Source: the human T2T-CHM13v2.0 reference genome, Homo sapiens
NCBI RefSeq assembly: GCF_009914755.1
Contig: NC_060944.1
Strand: one strand, 5' to 3'
DNA: 64,000 bases
Positions 43,239 through 59,551 of this stretch are shown here, piece after piece. Position 1 is the first letter of the stretch. The number at the start of each line of letters is the position of its first letter. The notes below the pieces were generated by a model. It worked only from the letters and a program-made list of their open reading frames with translations. It ran no database searches and was not told where the DNA came from. Position numbers and translations under genes: made by a program.

Positions 43239-43424
43239 ACCCATATATTCAGTGTGTATATACATAAATCTGAAATATTATATAACAAAGAGTTAGCTAT
43301 GGTCATTTCTGGGGCTGTCTTTTATTTTCTATAATGTTTATTGTTGTACAGGTGTAACAAGCACTGTGGCAACATTACTTTTCAAAGACTTGATGTCTAT
43401 TCTCAAAGGTTCACACTGAAGGTA

Positions 43425-43866
43425 AGTATCCTGAGCATTACCTTTTCCTTCTCCTGTATCCATATGTGCCTCTCTCTGCCCTGCTCTATGTTCCAGGAGA
43501 CTGAACTTTATGCAGTCTATCACCCAAGCACCATCACCCTCTGACCTGTGGTTGGTTTCAGCCTATGGGAGCAGTGGAAGGAAATCAGAGGGGGAGAAAA
43601 AGGAGAGGTTGCGGGCATTTGTTCTTCCCTCCCCACCTGTCCATCTGTTGGGCAGTCCCTGTTCCACAGCTATAGGTATCAGTAAGCTCCAGTAATAATT
43701 CTTTCATCTTAATCCTTCAAGCCCAAGACTGGTAATGGCTTTGGCTTATGGCTAGGCCCTGGGTGCTTCATCTTCCGGTATGGGTTCCCTTAATCCTGTC
43801 TAATCCTCTCTTCAAGGAAGCCTGTAACTGTGCTTTCTGTTTCCTACAAGTCCCTGACTGATCCAA
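43425..43866 (+). mobile_element. LTR33-family ERV-L LTR
   Basis: 'ggttggtttcagcctatggga...ggaaatcagaggg' and 'ctgtttcctacaagtccctgactgatcca'. Confidence 0.7.
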
Positions 43867-44760
43867 GGCATTGATGGAGACAAATCAGTAAACAATGGCA
43901 TTACAGTGTGTTGATTGCTTTGAGAGACATGGACAGGAAAAGAAAATCAGATTTTTCTGGAAGAGTCAGGGAAGCCTTCCTAACAAAAGTGATACTTAAA
44001 TTGAGACACAAGAGATGAGTTGACATTCACCAGTTTGTGAAAAAGGTTTTCGATCCTGTGGGATTTTCATGGATAAGGAAATAGGCCCAGAGAGGTAAAG
44101 TGACTTACCCATGGTCACACAGTGAATCGCACAGACTGAAGCCTTCTGCTTCATCTATCACAATAGAGGACAAGTTTATTGTATCAGTTGAGATGTTTAT
44201 GGCTGTAAACAACTAGAAAAAAAGTCTTAATTAGTAAAATGCATCATATAATAATATGAAGACCAAAGTAAGGTAACTCCAGGATTGATGAAATTAAATC
44301 AAATGCTTAATAATGTCATCAGATTGAAGTCAAAATAAATGCAGTGATATACCATGGATTAGAAGACTCAATATTGGTAATTAATTCCCTTGAAATTGAT
44401 TTGTAGATTTAATGAAATCCCAACCAAAATCCGACAAAGTATAGAAATTATCAAGCTAATTCTAAAATTTATATGGAAATACGATGGACCTAGAAATAAC
44501 CTAGGCAATCTTAAAGAAGGATATGCCCCACCAGCTATCAATGCTTACTATGAAGCTATAGTAATTAAGGCAGTGTGATATTGGTGCAAGGATGGACAAA
44601 TAGACCAATGGAATAGCATTTAGACTCCAATGTTGGATCCAAACAAGTATGATAGCTTGATTTACCACCAAAATTCAGTAGGTCAGGAGAAATTTTATAT
44701 CAACATAGAAAATAATCTATATGGAAAAAATGAATGGAACATTACACAGTGCTCTAAACT

Positions 44761-45116
<356 letters not shown>

Positions 45117-45261
45117 CTACCAGTGTAATAATTACATTAAAGAACCTCAAAAACATGTTGAGCAAAAGAAGCCAACTACAAAAGAGCTTATGCTATATTA
45201 TTCAATTCATATAAAGATCAAGAACAAGTAAAACCATGGAGATAGGAATTAGGACAGTGGA

Positions 45262-46755
45262 TTTAAAATGGGCAAAGGACTTGAATAGATAATTCCCGAA
45301 AGAAAATGGCCAAAAAGCACATGACGAGATGCTCAGCATCACTAATATTTTGAGAAATGCCAATCAAAACCACAATGTGATATCATCTCACACCAATTAG
45401 GATGGCCACTATCAAAAGAACAGAAAACAAGTATTGGCAAGAATGCAGAGAAATAAGAACCCTTGTGCACTGCTGGGAATATAAAATGGTGCAACAGCTA
45501 TGGAAAACAGTATGGAAGTTCCTCAAAAAATTAAAAATAGAATTACCATATGGCCCAGCAGTCCCACTTCTGGATTTATTTCCAAAAGAATTCAAAGCAG
45601 GATCTCAGAGATATTTGCACTCTCATGTTCACTGCAGCATTATTCATAGTAGTGAAGATGTGGACACAACCCACATTTCCAATGACAGATGAATGGATAA
45701 AGAAAATATGGTTTGTACATATAAAGGAATATTATGCAGTCTTTAAAAAGAAGGATTTGCTGGCGAGAGTGTAAATTAGTTCAACCATCGTGGAAGACAG
45801 TGTGTCGATTCCTGGAGGATCTAGAACCAGAAATACCATTTGACCCAGAAATCCCATTACTGGGTATATACCCAAAGGATTATAAATCATTCTACTATAA
45901 AGACACATGCACATGTATGTTTATTGAAGTACTATTTACCATAGCAAAGACTTGGAACCAACCCAAATGCCCACCAATGATAGACTGGATAACGAAAATG
46001 TGGCACATATACACCATGGAATACTATGCAACCATAAAAAAGAATGAGTTCATGTCCTTTGCAGAGACATGGATGAATCTGGAAACCATCATTCTCAGCA
46101 AACTAACACAGGAACTGAAAATCAAACACCACATGTTCTCACTCATAAGTGAGAGCTGAACAATGACAACACATGGACACAGGGAGGGGAACATCACACA
46201 CCGGGGCCTGTCGGCAGGTGGGGCGAAAGGGGAGGGAGAGCATTAGGACAAATACCTAATGCATGTGGGGCTTAAAACCTAGATGATGGGTTGACAGGTG
46301 CAGCAAACCACCATGGTACATGCATATCTATGTAGCAAACCTGCACGTTCTGCACATGTATCCCAAAACTTAAAGTAAAATTTAAAAAATATAAAAAGGA
46401 TATCCTGTCACATGCTATAACATGGATGAACCTCAAGGATATTATGCTCAGTGAAATAAACTAGTCACAAAATGGCAAATACCATATGTTTCCACTCATA
46501 TGCGGTATCTAAATTAGTCAAAACTGTAGAAACAGAAAATAGAGAAGGTGATTGCCAGGGGCCAGGAGGAGGTGGGAAAGGAATTAGTGTTTAGTGGGCA
46601 TAGAGTTCGGGTTTTACAAAATGAAAAAAAATCCTGGAGATCTGTTACACAACAAGGTGAATATAATTAACACTACTAAACTGTACACATAAAAATGTTT
46701 GAGTGTAAATTTAATGTTATGTGTTCATAACCACAATTAAAAACAAAAAAAAATT
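45262..46755 (+). mobile_element. L1MB1/2-like 3' end (45262-45756, 46395-46755)
   Basis: ORF2 C-terminus ([17 protein letters not shown]); 3' UTR 'ggagatctgttacacaacaaggtgaatata'. Confidence 0.8.
45757..46392 (+). mobile_element. 5'-truncated L1PA7-like element
   Basis: ORF 45734-46159 is the ORF2 C-terminus (DLEPEIPFDP...IILSKL); 3' UTR 'cattaggacaaatacctaatgcatgtggggcttaaaacc'. Confidence 0.9.
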
Positions 46756-47301
46756 GTTAAGGCATTGGAACACTGAGGATAGGAAATTGCCTGGGAAGGG
46801 GCACGAGGCAGCCCTCTGGAGAGCTGGAAGTGTGCTGTATCTTGATCGGGCTCATGGTTACAAGAGTGTATACACATAAAATCTTCCCCAAGCTGTACAC
46901 TTAAGATGTGTGCACTTTATTGTATGAAAGTTATACATCAGGTTTAAAAATGTGCCACCAAAGAGGACCCAATTCTTTTCATATTTTCACTGTGACAGCC
47001 TCAGTGTGTGGACTTTGTCTTAATCATAAGATGGCAGCTGCAAGAGCCAGGCATTACATGTAATAAGGAATATGTCTGGGGTAAAAAGAGACCCTCTTTT
47101 CCTGTGTGTTTTTGAAAAGTAAAGAAACATTTCCCAGAGCCACCACCCCTACCAGCAGATGCTTTCTCACGTATTAATGACCACAACTGCATCACACGTC
47201 CTGGCCTACGCCAGTTGCTGGCAAGGGAAATAAGAGTGTCATGATCAGGGTTTACCTTTGCCCAGGTCATATGGATTGCTGGGTCAGTGATCAATACTAT
47301 G

Positions 47302-47645
<344 letters not shown>

Positions 47646-48123
47646 TAATAATAAGTCCCTCAACAAGGGACTGGACTGCCCCACAGAAGACAACCTACAA
47701 AGGCAAAGCAGCATCTCTTCTTCTACACCTTCTTTTTTTTTCTTTGTTTTTTTAAAAATATTTTTTCCAAAATGGTGTATCATCATTGTTTTTCTAATTA
47801 TGTGATTAATGTTCATTGTGAAAGTTCAACTAGTAAGTGAAAATAATCCAAAATTAACCCTCCCCACCCCACCATAATAATCAGTATTAAAAGTCTGGTC
47901 TGTAGACTTCCAGATTTTTTCTTGTCATATATGTCATTTTATGTACTTAGACAATTTTTTAAACTACAGAAATAGGAGCACAACATATGCGTTAAATACT
48001 ATCATTAGTCTACATGCATAACTAACACTTCTTGATCATTTCCTCTGCCAACAATCCAAATATGCTTCAAGGGGGAAATCAGCCCCTTCCCTGGTCCCAG
48101 GAGGTGAAGTATAATTAGCATAA

Positions 48124-48427
<304 letters not shown>

Positions 48428-48437
48428 AAAAGAGTAG

Positions 48438-48608
48438 TTTTGAACTCTGCTACCCATTGAAAATACCCAGGGAATTAAAAATATATACATAGCCCAGGTC
48501 CCACTCCCAGAGATACTGCACTACAGACTGTTGGTGTGCTGTGGACTCAGGAGCCTAAACCTTGCAGGTGGTATTGCTAACATGTGGCTGGAGTTGAGAG
48601 CTACTGGT
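48438..48608. mobile_element. MER5-family hAT fragment
   Basis: 'cccaggtcccactcccagagatactg...gagttgagagctactgg'. Confidence 0.55.
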
Positions 48609-48831
48609 CTCAACTCATTGTTACAGTCCTGTTCTTACCACTGACTTATTTAAGAATTGTTATATTCCTGTTCTCCTTACCACCTGATGGAGGTTCTGGA
48701 AAAGTTTTCCCCAATCTCAGAAAGGGACGTGGTTAAGATATTAATATCTTCTGCCTCTATATATTGCCATTAGCATGGCGCTTCTGGAGCAATGGCAATT
48801 ATCCTGGGCCTTGGAGGGAATAAGACTAAGA

Positions 48832-49183
48832 CAGCGGTCCCCAACCCCTGGGCCACTAACCAGAACCTATCCGCAGCCTGTTAGGAACCGGGCTGCACAG
48901 CAGGAGGTGAGCGGGGTGAGCAAGCCTTACTGCCTAAGCTCCGCCTCCTGTCAGAATCAGCAGCAGCATTAGATTCTCATAGGAGCAAAACCCTATTGTG
49001 AACTGCGCGTGCAAGGGATCTAGGTTGCACGCTCCTTATGAGAATCTAATGCTTGACGATCTGAGGTGGAACAGTTTCATCCTGAAACCACCAGCAGCAC
49101 CCTCCCCAACCTTTCCCCCTCTCCCTGCCATCCGTGGAAAAATTGTTTTCCACCAAACTGTTCCTTGGTGCCAAAAAAGGCTG
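48832..49183 (+). mobile_element. MER1B (hAT-Charlie) with perfect 8-bp TSD
   Basis: Starts 'cagcggtccccaacc'; contains 'cattagattctcataggagc'; TSD gactaaga at 48824-48831 and 49184-49191. Confidence 0.93.
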
Positions 49184-49378
49184 GACTAAGAGGATGAGCC
49201 AATGATCTGGGGATGGCAGAACAAGAATGTAGAAAGAACTCAAATCCTTGATGATGTATCTAAGGTTGAATTAGCCAACCCTGGAAACACTCTACTTCTA
49301 GCTTCTTGAGTGAGATAGCATTTCATTTGCATTTTCACGTTTGAGTTACATACAGCCAAAAGCTTCCTAACTAGTACA

Positions 49379-49628
49379 AGCTGGAGTACGGTGGCATAAT
49401 TATGACTCACTGCAGCCTCTAACTCCTAGGTGCAAGCAATCCTCCTGCCTCAGCATCACAAGTAGCTGGAACAGGCAAGTGGCACCACACCCAACTGATT
49501 TTTTATTTTTATTTTTGTTGAGACAGGGTCTTGCTATGTTGCTGGTCTTAAACCCCTGACCTCAAGCGATCCTCTCACCTCAGCCTCCTGAGTTGCTGGG
49601 ATTACAGACATAAGCCACTGACCCTGGC
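49379..49628 (-). mobile_element. AluJ, 3'-truncated
   Basis: 'ctcactgcagcctctaactcctagg...caagcgatcctctcacctcagcc'. Confidence 0.88.
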
Positions 49629-49802
49629 AGTGTTTTTAAACTTCTTTCTATTTAACTCCTTCAGGTATTGTTTGTTATTAGTTCATGATATATTTTTATA
49701 ATTTTGTTTTAGAAATTAAAAAAAGGGAAAATAATAACCACAGTGTCAGGATCATGTTTAGAAGCACATGGAAGAAGCTATGACCAAAAAATGATATAAA
49801 TC

Positions 49803-50105
<303 letters not shown>

Positions 50106-50769
50106 TTACTAAAATGCGTATATGTCTTATGTAACAAGAAGTGCTGGGTATGCCTTATGCCTCCTCTTTCCTTCTTTCCTCTGCACACTGTGAAGACTCA
50201 TCTTTAGGCTTTGTAGTCTCATGGCTGTATGCTGTTTTCTGCACTCTAGACAACACTTCCATGTTCCAGACAGGGAGAATGGGGAAGGGGCAAAAAGGCA
50301 AAAGAGAAGCAAGGAACAGGGGCTGTTCCTTCCATAAAAGCATCCCTGAACGTCTCATCCAGTGACTTCCACTGCACTTTATCAGCCAGGACTCCTTGGT
50401 ACTGGAAGGTTTGGGTCACTCAGTTGCATTTTTATCCTTCTATATGTAATTCTAAGCTTCATTAAACTTATTTGCGATATAATGAGTAACTTTTTCCCCA
50501 AGATAATTTTAAAATATTCTATTGTGTTTTAGGGATATGAATATAAATGTTTTTCCTGTGCAAGCATTTGCCAAAAAAGACATTGTTCTTGAGAGATGTG
50601 TATTCTCTCAAGTTTGGGTATTATAAACTAAGAATGATTCCACTTGGAAAATGTTAACCAGAGAAATATTCTGCAGGATATCCCTGAATACTGTGGAGGT
50701 TTTTCCTTACCTCCAGCTCCACCTTATCTTTGGTGAGTTGCATAGTAAACATTCCACTGTGTGGATAAC

Positions 50770-51010
50770 TAATGTACCTTGTCCCCTACTGTTGAACATT
50801 TAGAATGTTTCCAATATTTCACAATTATAAACAAGGCTGCATTGAACATCTTTATACAAACACCCTTGACCATTTGTCCAATTACTTCTTTGGGATCCTT
50901 GAAATGAAATGCTGAACTGAAAGTTCTGCAAGTTTTACATTTTGGTACATATTGCCAAATTGCCTTCTGAAAGGTTGTACCAACTCCATTACTTCTCCAT
51001 TGCTGCAATA
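50770..51010 (-). mobile_element. L1ME fragment
   Basis: 'cctactgttgaacatttagaatgtttcca...catattgccaaattgcc'. Confidence 0.65.
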
Positions 51011-51534
51011 ATGAACATGCATCACAATGGCACCCTGGACCTCTTACATGGAGAGGAGGATAGATGGTTCTGTTAACGTAGCCTTTGGAAGCAGAGAGCT
51101 TCATAATTCAGACACCAGTTACATTTGGAAATGAGATTAGTACAAGGAATCTTCCCATTCATCTCGCTAAAAGTTTCAAGGTTCCATTCCTGGGCAGATG
51201 AAACAATAAAACAAAACCAGTGAAATGAAGTCAATGTGGAGCCAAGACATTTACTTTGATAAACGTTTCCATTTAGGACCAATCTTCAGGGCAGCTTGCT
51301 TAGCTCTGACTTGAAGGAGCATCACTACCATGCTCCACCACAGTTTCTCTCTATTAGTGATTTTTCTCCCTAAAACACACACATTGACCTCATTAGCTCC
51401 CTTCTCAAAAGTATGTCATGATGCCCCACCCCACATATGTTCTTGAGAATGATGCCCAATATCCCAGTAGAAGAGCTGCCATTGCTTACTACATAGTAGT
51501 GACAGCATCAGCAATCATATAAAAGCTTGCAGTT

Positions 51535-51720
51535 ACTTAATAGGGAATTAGTGTTTAACGGGTACAGAGTTTCAGGTTGGGATGATAGAAAAGTTCTGGA
51601 GATGAATGGCGGTGATGGTCGTACAACAATGCGAATGTATTTATTGCCACTGAATTCAACTCTTAAGGATGATTAAAGTGGTAAATTTTAACTTATCTAT
51701 TTTACCACAATGAAAAAAAT
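51535..51720 (+). mobile_element. L1MB 3' terminus
   Basis: 'gtgtttaacgggtacagagtttcag...gttctggagatgaatggcggtgatgg'. Confidence 0.8.
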
Positions 51721-53966
51721 TTTCTTTAATCACAGACTTCCAGTTTCCAGTTCAACATGTGAGATGTTGGAAGTTGTCATTTTATCCTAACAAGCCAAAA
51801 ACTGAACAAACTGAAAAATCAACAACTCTTCTTAGATTTGTCAGAGAACTGAGATCATAGGACAAACTGCCGCCCTCTAAATTGGAGAAAGAGAGGCAGA
51901 TACATAGAATCACAATTTACCAGAGCAAAAATCCTCCAGTAGAAACTTGTGCAGGAATCAGTACTAGATAGGAAAACCTGACCTGCAGTTGACAAACCGA
52001 TGGAGGCTCAATGTGGACAAGTCTGAGAGACAAAAACGTCAGAAGGGTCCAGTCATAGGGAGGCCCTCACACTTCTTACCTTTTTACCTTCAGGAGCTCT
52101 ATGGGGTTCTCACGGTGAGTATTAAAGAAAAATAAAGGCTTCTTGCAGGTGGAATGGGGAAAGGAACCATTGTGAAATACACCAGAGCATTCTGTTCATA
52201 AGCAAGTCTGCCCTCAGGAGAAACTATTTTGCCAGAGCTTGACCTATTGGAGTTTTAACAGAACCAAACCAACCTAGGGGAAGGGAAATAGCCAACTCCC
52301 CCAACTCTAGCCATCTTGTCCCACTTAAGGGGGCAGAGGGGACTAAGAAGCACATGTGAAGCTCACAGCTCATAGACACAGACTCACTAAAAGACTGAGA
52401 CCTAATCATAGGACTATAGAATGTTTCCCCTCACCCTACACCTTTCTGCCACACTGCTAAAGACCTATTTATTTAAGTTCTTTTTATGCAGTACATCATG
52501 CTTGGCTTTCACCATAAAATTACAAAGCATACTAAAAGGCAAAAAACAATTTGCAGAGAGACCAAGCATCAGAACCAGATTTAGATATAGCAGGGAGGGA
52601 TGTTGGAAATTTAAGACAACTGTGATTAATATGCCAAGGGCTCTAATGAGAAAAGTAGACAACATGCAAGAGAACACACAGGGCATGTGAGCAGAGAGAT
52701 GGAAGATCTAAGACAAAGTTAAAAAGAAATACTAAAGATTAAAAGCACTGTAACAGAAATAAAGAATGTCTCTGGTGGGCTCAGTAGTAGATTGGAAGTG
52801 GCTAAAGAAAAAATGTCTGACTTTGAAGATATGTCAGTAGAAACTTCTAAAACTAAAAATCAAAAAAAAAAAAGACTGAAAACAAAACAAAACAAAGACA
52901 AGAATATGCAAGAACTGTGGGACAATTACAAAAGGTATAACATATGCATAAAGGGAATACCAGAAGAGAAATAAAGACAGACAGGAACAGAAGAAATATT
53001 TGATGCAATAATCATTGATAATTCCCCCACAAATAATGGCAGACACCAAACCACAGACCAGGAAGCTCAGAGAACATCAAGCAAAATAAGTGCCAAAAAT
53101 CTAACAACAACCCCCCAAAAAAGACATTTGAGCCATATCATATTTGAACTGCAGAAAATCAAAGATAAAGAAAACATTTTGAAAGAAGCCAGAGGAAGAA
53201 AACAGCTTACCTACAGAGAAGCAAGGATAAGAATTATATCTGTCTCCTCTTTAGAAGCCATGCAGGCAAGAAGACAGTAGAGTCACATATTTAAAGTGTT
53301 GAGAGAAGAAAAAAGAAAAAAGCAACCTAGAATTCTGTGCTCTGTGGAAGTATCCATCAAAATGAAAAATAAAGAAAGACTTTTTCAGACAAGCAAAGAT
53401 GGAAGGAATCTGTTGCCAGTAGACTTGCCTTGCAGGAAATGTTAAGCAAATTTCTTCAGAGCAAAGAAAAATTACATAGGTCAGAAACTCAGATCTATGT
53501 AAAAAAAAGAACATCGAACGAGGAATAAGTGAAGGTAAAATAGAGCTTTTATTACTCTTATTCTTAATCTAACAGATGACAGTTGGTTAAAAAATAATAG
53601 CAAAGATGTATTCAATTATGTACGCTTATGTGTGTGTATGTATACACACACACTTATGTGTAAATAAAATGAGTGACAGCAATGATGTAAGACATGGGAA
53701 GGAGGAATTAGGAATACTTTGTTATTATAAGGTACTTGCACTACCTGTGAAGTAGTATAGTGTTATATGAAAGTGGACTTGTATTCATTGCATATGTATT
53801 TTATATATAGACACAATTCTAGGGCAACCAGTAGAATGCATATGCATTATATATAGCTGTATATGCATTATATGTATGTATAGAGAGGGTGAGAGAGTAA
53901 GTGAGTTCCAGGGCAACCACTAACAAAAGTATAAAAAAAGAAGTATGATATACCAAGAAAGGAGAG

Positions 53967-54381
53967 TATGTTAGGTTGTTCATTGCATTGCTGTCAAGAA
54001 ATGCCTGAGGCTGTGTAATTTATAAAGAAAAGAGGGTTATTGGCTCTCAGTTCTACAGGCTGTACAATCATGGCACCAACACCTGCTTGACCTCTGGTGA
54101 GGCCCTCAAGAAGCTTTTACTCATGGCAGAAGGCAAAGTGGGAGCAGGCACATCAGATGGCCAAAAACGGGAGCAAGTGGAGGGCGATGCCCCTTTTAAA
54201 CAACCAGATCTCATGAGAAATCATTCACTATGGCGAGAACAGCACCAAGGCGAATGGTGCTAAACCATTCATGAGAAATCCACCCCCATAATCCAATCAC
54301 CTCCCGCTAGGCCCCACCTTCAACATTGGGGATTACATTTCAAAATGAGATTTGATGGTAGCAAATATTCAAATGATATTG
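53967..54381 (-). mobile_element. MSTA/MSTB MaLR solo LTR
   Basis: 'taatttataaagaaaagagg' and 'atggtgctaaaccattcatgagaa'; flanks gagag / gagac. Confidence 0.88.
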
Positions 54382-54599
54382 GAGACACAATAGAATAATA
54401 TAAAGTGCTCAATTAAAACTACAAAAGACACAAAAAGAGTGGAAGACAAAAATAGGAACAAAGAACGAGGGCAATGAATAGAAAACTGTAACAAATATTG
54501 TAGATATGAATCTAACTATATCAGTAATCATGTAAATGTCAGTGATCTAAATACATCAATTAAAAGACAGATTATCAGAATGGATTAAAAAATAAGACC

Positions 54600-55009
<410 letters not shown>

Positions 55010-55049
55010 TCAAAAGAAAGCTGAAGCATCTATACTAATTTCAAATAGA

Positions 55050-55358
<309 letters not shown>

Positions 55359-55538
55359 TCAGAGCAAGAAAAATTATCAGGAAAAAGAAGAGCATTACAT
55401 AACAATAAAATGGTCAGTTCTCCAAGAATAGACATAACAATTACGTCTCCAAGAAGATATAACAATCTTTAATGTCTATGCACTTAACAACACAGCATCA
55501 AAATACATGAGGCAAAAACTGACAGAAATGCAAGGAGA

Positions 55539-55838
55539 GGCCAGGCACAGTGGCTCATGCCTGCAATCCCAGCACTTTGGGAGGCCAAGACAGGTGGATC
55601 ACTTGAGTCCAGGAGTTTAAGACCAGCCTGGGAAATGTAACAAAATCCCATCTCTACAAAAAATAAAAAATTAGCCCAGCATGGTGGCTCACACTTGTGG
55701 TCCCAGCTATCAGGAGGCTGACGAGGGAGGATCACTTGAGCCCCAGAGTTTGAGGCTGCAGTGAGTTGTGTTTGTGCCACTGCACTCACCGTAGGTGACA
55801 GAGAGAGACCCTGTCTCAAAAAAAAAAAAAAAAAAAAA
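55539..55838 (+). mobile_element. AluJ
   Basis: TSD gcaaggaga at 55530-55538 and 55839-55847. Confidence 0.95.
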
Positions 55839-56107
55839 GCAAGGAGAAATGGATGAATCTACTACTATAGGTAGAGACTTCAATACTCCTCTATCAGCAG
55901 TGGACAAATACAGCAGGCAAAAAGTCAGTAAGGATATAGTTGAACTCAATAGCACCATTTATCAACAAGAAATAATTAACAAATACAGACTACTTCATCC
56001 AACAACAATAGAATACCCATTCTTCTCAATTTCTGATGAATATCACTATGATAGACTACATTCTGGTCCATAAAACACACCTAAACACATTTAAAAGAAT
56101 AGAAGTT

Positions 56108-56420
<313 letters not shown>

Positions 56421-56679
56421 TCATACAATGTCTACTCTTAGGCAGCAATGAAATTAAACAAGAAATCAATAACAGAAAGACAGCTAGAAATTTTCAAACT
56501 ATTTGGAGAGTAAACAACACTTTCTGATAACAGGTCAAAGAAGAAATCTTGAGAGAAATTTAATACTATTTTGACCTAAGTAAAAATGAAAATACAATTT
56601 ATCAAAATTTGTAGAAATGCAGCAAAAGCAGTACTTAGAGGGAAATTAATAGCATTGAATATATGTGTTAGAGAAAAGA

Positions 56680-56986
56680 GGCTGGGCACGGCGGTACATG
56701 CCTGTAATCCCAACACTTTGGGAGGCCAAGGCAGGTGGATCACTTGAGGGTCAGGAGTTCAAGACCAGCCTGGCCAACATGGCAAAACCTCGTCTCTACT
56801 AAAAATACAAAAATTAGCCAGGTTTGATGGCACACACCTGTAGTTTCAGCTACTCAGAAGGCTGAGGCAGTAGAATCGCTTCAACCCAGGAGGCAGAGAT
56901 TGCAGTGAGCCGAGATTGCGCCACTACACTCCAGCCTCGGTGACAGAGCAAGACACTGTCTCTAAAAAAAGAAAGAAAAAAAGAAA
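56680..56986 (+). mobile_element. Alu (AluSx/Sz-like)
   Basis: Full dimer with A-rich tail. Confidence 0.95.
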
Positions 56987-57189
56987 TAACTAAAATCAAT
57001 AATCTAAGCTCCCATCTTAGGAAATAAAAAAAAAAAGCAAATTAAACCTAAGTAAGCAGAAGTAAAGAAATAATTAAAAACAAAACACAAAACAATGAAA
57101 TTAAAAATGGGAAGTCAATAGGGAAAATAAACAAAACAAAATATTGGTTCTTTGAAAAGATCAGTTTTGGCCAAGGTCAAATAAGCCTT

Positions 57190-57613
<424 letters not shown>

Positions 57614-57838
57614 TTATTAACAACTCCATGCCCACAAATTTGATCACTTAGAAGAAGCAGACCAATTCCTTGAAAGACACAGTTTGCCAAAACTCACACA
57701 AGAAAAAATAGACAATTTGAATAGGCCTATATCTATTAAAGAAATTGAATCAACAATTAATAACCTTCCAAAACAAAAAGCACCAGGCCCAGATGCACTC
57801 TGCTGAATTCTACGAAACATTTAAGAAGAAATTATACT

Positions 57839-58133
57839 GGTGAAGCGCAGTGGCTCACAATTGTAATCCCACTACTTTGGGAGGTCAAGGCAGGAGGATC
57901 CCTTGAGTCCTGGAATTCAAGACAAGCCTGGAAAACATAACGACATCCCTGTCTCTACAAGATATATATAAAAAAAAAAAATCAGCAAGGTGTGGTGGCA
58001 CACATTTGTAGTCTCAGCTACTCAGGAGGCTGAGGCAGGAGGATCACTTGAGACTAGGAAGTCAAGGCTGCATTGAACCATGATGGAGCCACTGCACTCT
58101 AGCTTGGGTGATAGAGTGAGACCCTGTCTCAAC
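57839..58133 (+). mobile_element. AluJ
   Basis: Full dimer; TSD-like aagaa(g/a)aaattata at 57823-57836 and 58349-58362. Confidence 0.92.
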
Positions 58134-58357
58134 AAAGAAGAATAAGAAGGAGAAGGAGAGGAAGAGGAAGAAGAAGAAGGAGAAGGAGGAGGAGGAGCAG
58201 GAGGAGGAGGAGGAGAAAAGAAGGGGAAGGAAGAAGAAGAAAAAGAAGAAGAAGAAGAGGAAGAAGAAGAAGAAGAGAAGAAGAGAAGAAAAGAGGAAAA
58301 AGAAGAAGAAGAAAGGAGAGGAGGAGGAGGAATACGAAGAAGAAAGAGAAGAAAAAA
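58134..58357. repeat. Polypurine (GAA/GAG)n low-complexity tract (expanded Alu tail)
   Basis: About 220 nt, almost exclusively A and G. Confidence 0.95.
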
Positions 58358-58759
58358 TTATAGCAATTCTCAACAATCTCTCAGAAAATAGAAGCAGAGA
58401 GACTATTTCCTAACTCCTTCTATGAGGCCAGCATTACCCTAATACAAAAACCAAAGACAGTATTAAAAAAAAAGTCCTCAACAAAATATTAGCAAATCAA
58501 ATCCCACAATGTAGATAAAGGATTATACACACCATGACTAAGTAAAATTTATCCCAGATATGCAAAGATGGTTCAACATTCAAACATCAACTAATTTTTC
58601 AATAGCAGACAGATACTAAAAGCAAATTAAAAATAAATAAATAAATATAATCCACATCAACTGGCTAAAGAAGAAAAATCACATAATCATATTAACAGTT
58701 GCAGAAAAAGCTAGTGACAAAATTCAACATCCATTCAAGATAAAAACTCTCAGCAAACT

Positions 58760-58920
58760 AGCTGGGTACAGTGGCACACACCTGTAGTTCCAGCTACTTG
58801 GGAGGTTGAGCCAGGAGGATCACTTGAGCCCAGGAGTTTTAGTCCAGCCTGGGCAACATAACGAGATCCTGTCAAAAAAAGAAAAGAAAAGAAAAAGGAA
58901 GGAAGGAAGGAGAAAAATTA
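58760..58920 (+). mobile_element. FLAM-like free Alu monomer
   Basis: Single monomer with A/GA tail; 'aact(c/t)tcagcaaact' on both flanks. Confidence 0.85.
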
Positions 58921-59551
58921 ACAAAAAATATCAACTTTCAGCAAACTAGGAATAGAGGGGAACTTCCTCGACTTGATAAAGTACAGATAAAAAAACCTTA
59001 CAGCTAAAAACATATTTTGACAAAAACAAACTCACTAGAACTAATTGGTGATTATAGTGAGTGTGCAGGATACAAAATTTATGTTTAAAAGTTAATCAAT
59101 TTCCTATATGCCAGCATTGAAAAAGTGGAATTTGAAACAGAATACTATTTACATGACCACTCCAAAAATGAAATACGTAGGTATAAATCTAACAAAGTAT
59201 GTCCAAAATATATATGAGGAAAACTATGAAACTATGATAAAAGAAATCTAAAAAGAACTAAATCAATTGAGAGATATTTCATATTCATGGATAGGAAGAT
59301 TCAATATTGTCAAGACGTTGGCTCTTCCCAACTTAGTTCAATGGATTCAATACAATATAAATCAAAATCAAAAGCAAGTTATTTTGTGGATATCAACAAA
59401 TCGTTTATATTTAGAGGCAAAAGATCCAGAATAGCCAAGACAATATTAAAAGAGGAGAACACTATTAAAGAAGAAAAACAATATTAAAGGAGAAGAAAAA
59501 GTGTCAGGACTGACACTATCCGATTTCAAGATTTAATGTAATGAATGCTAC

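Noticed and set aside
58062-58376. 104-aa Phe/Ser/Leu-rich minus-strand ORF that looks transmembrane
   Set aside because: It is simply the antisense translation of the GAA/GAG tract.
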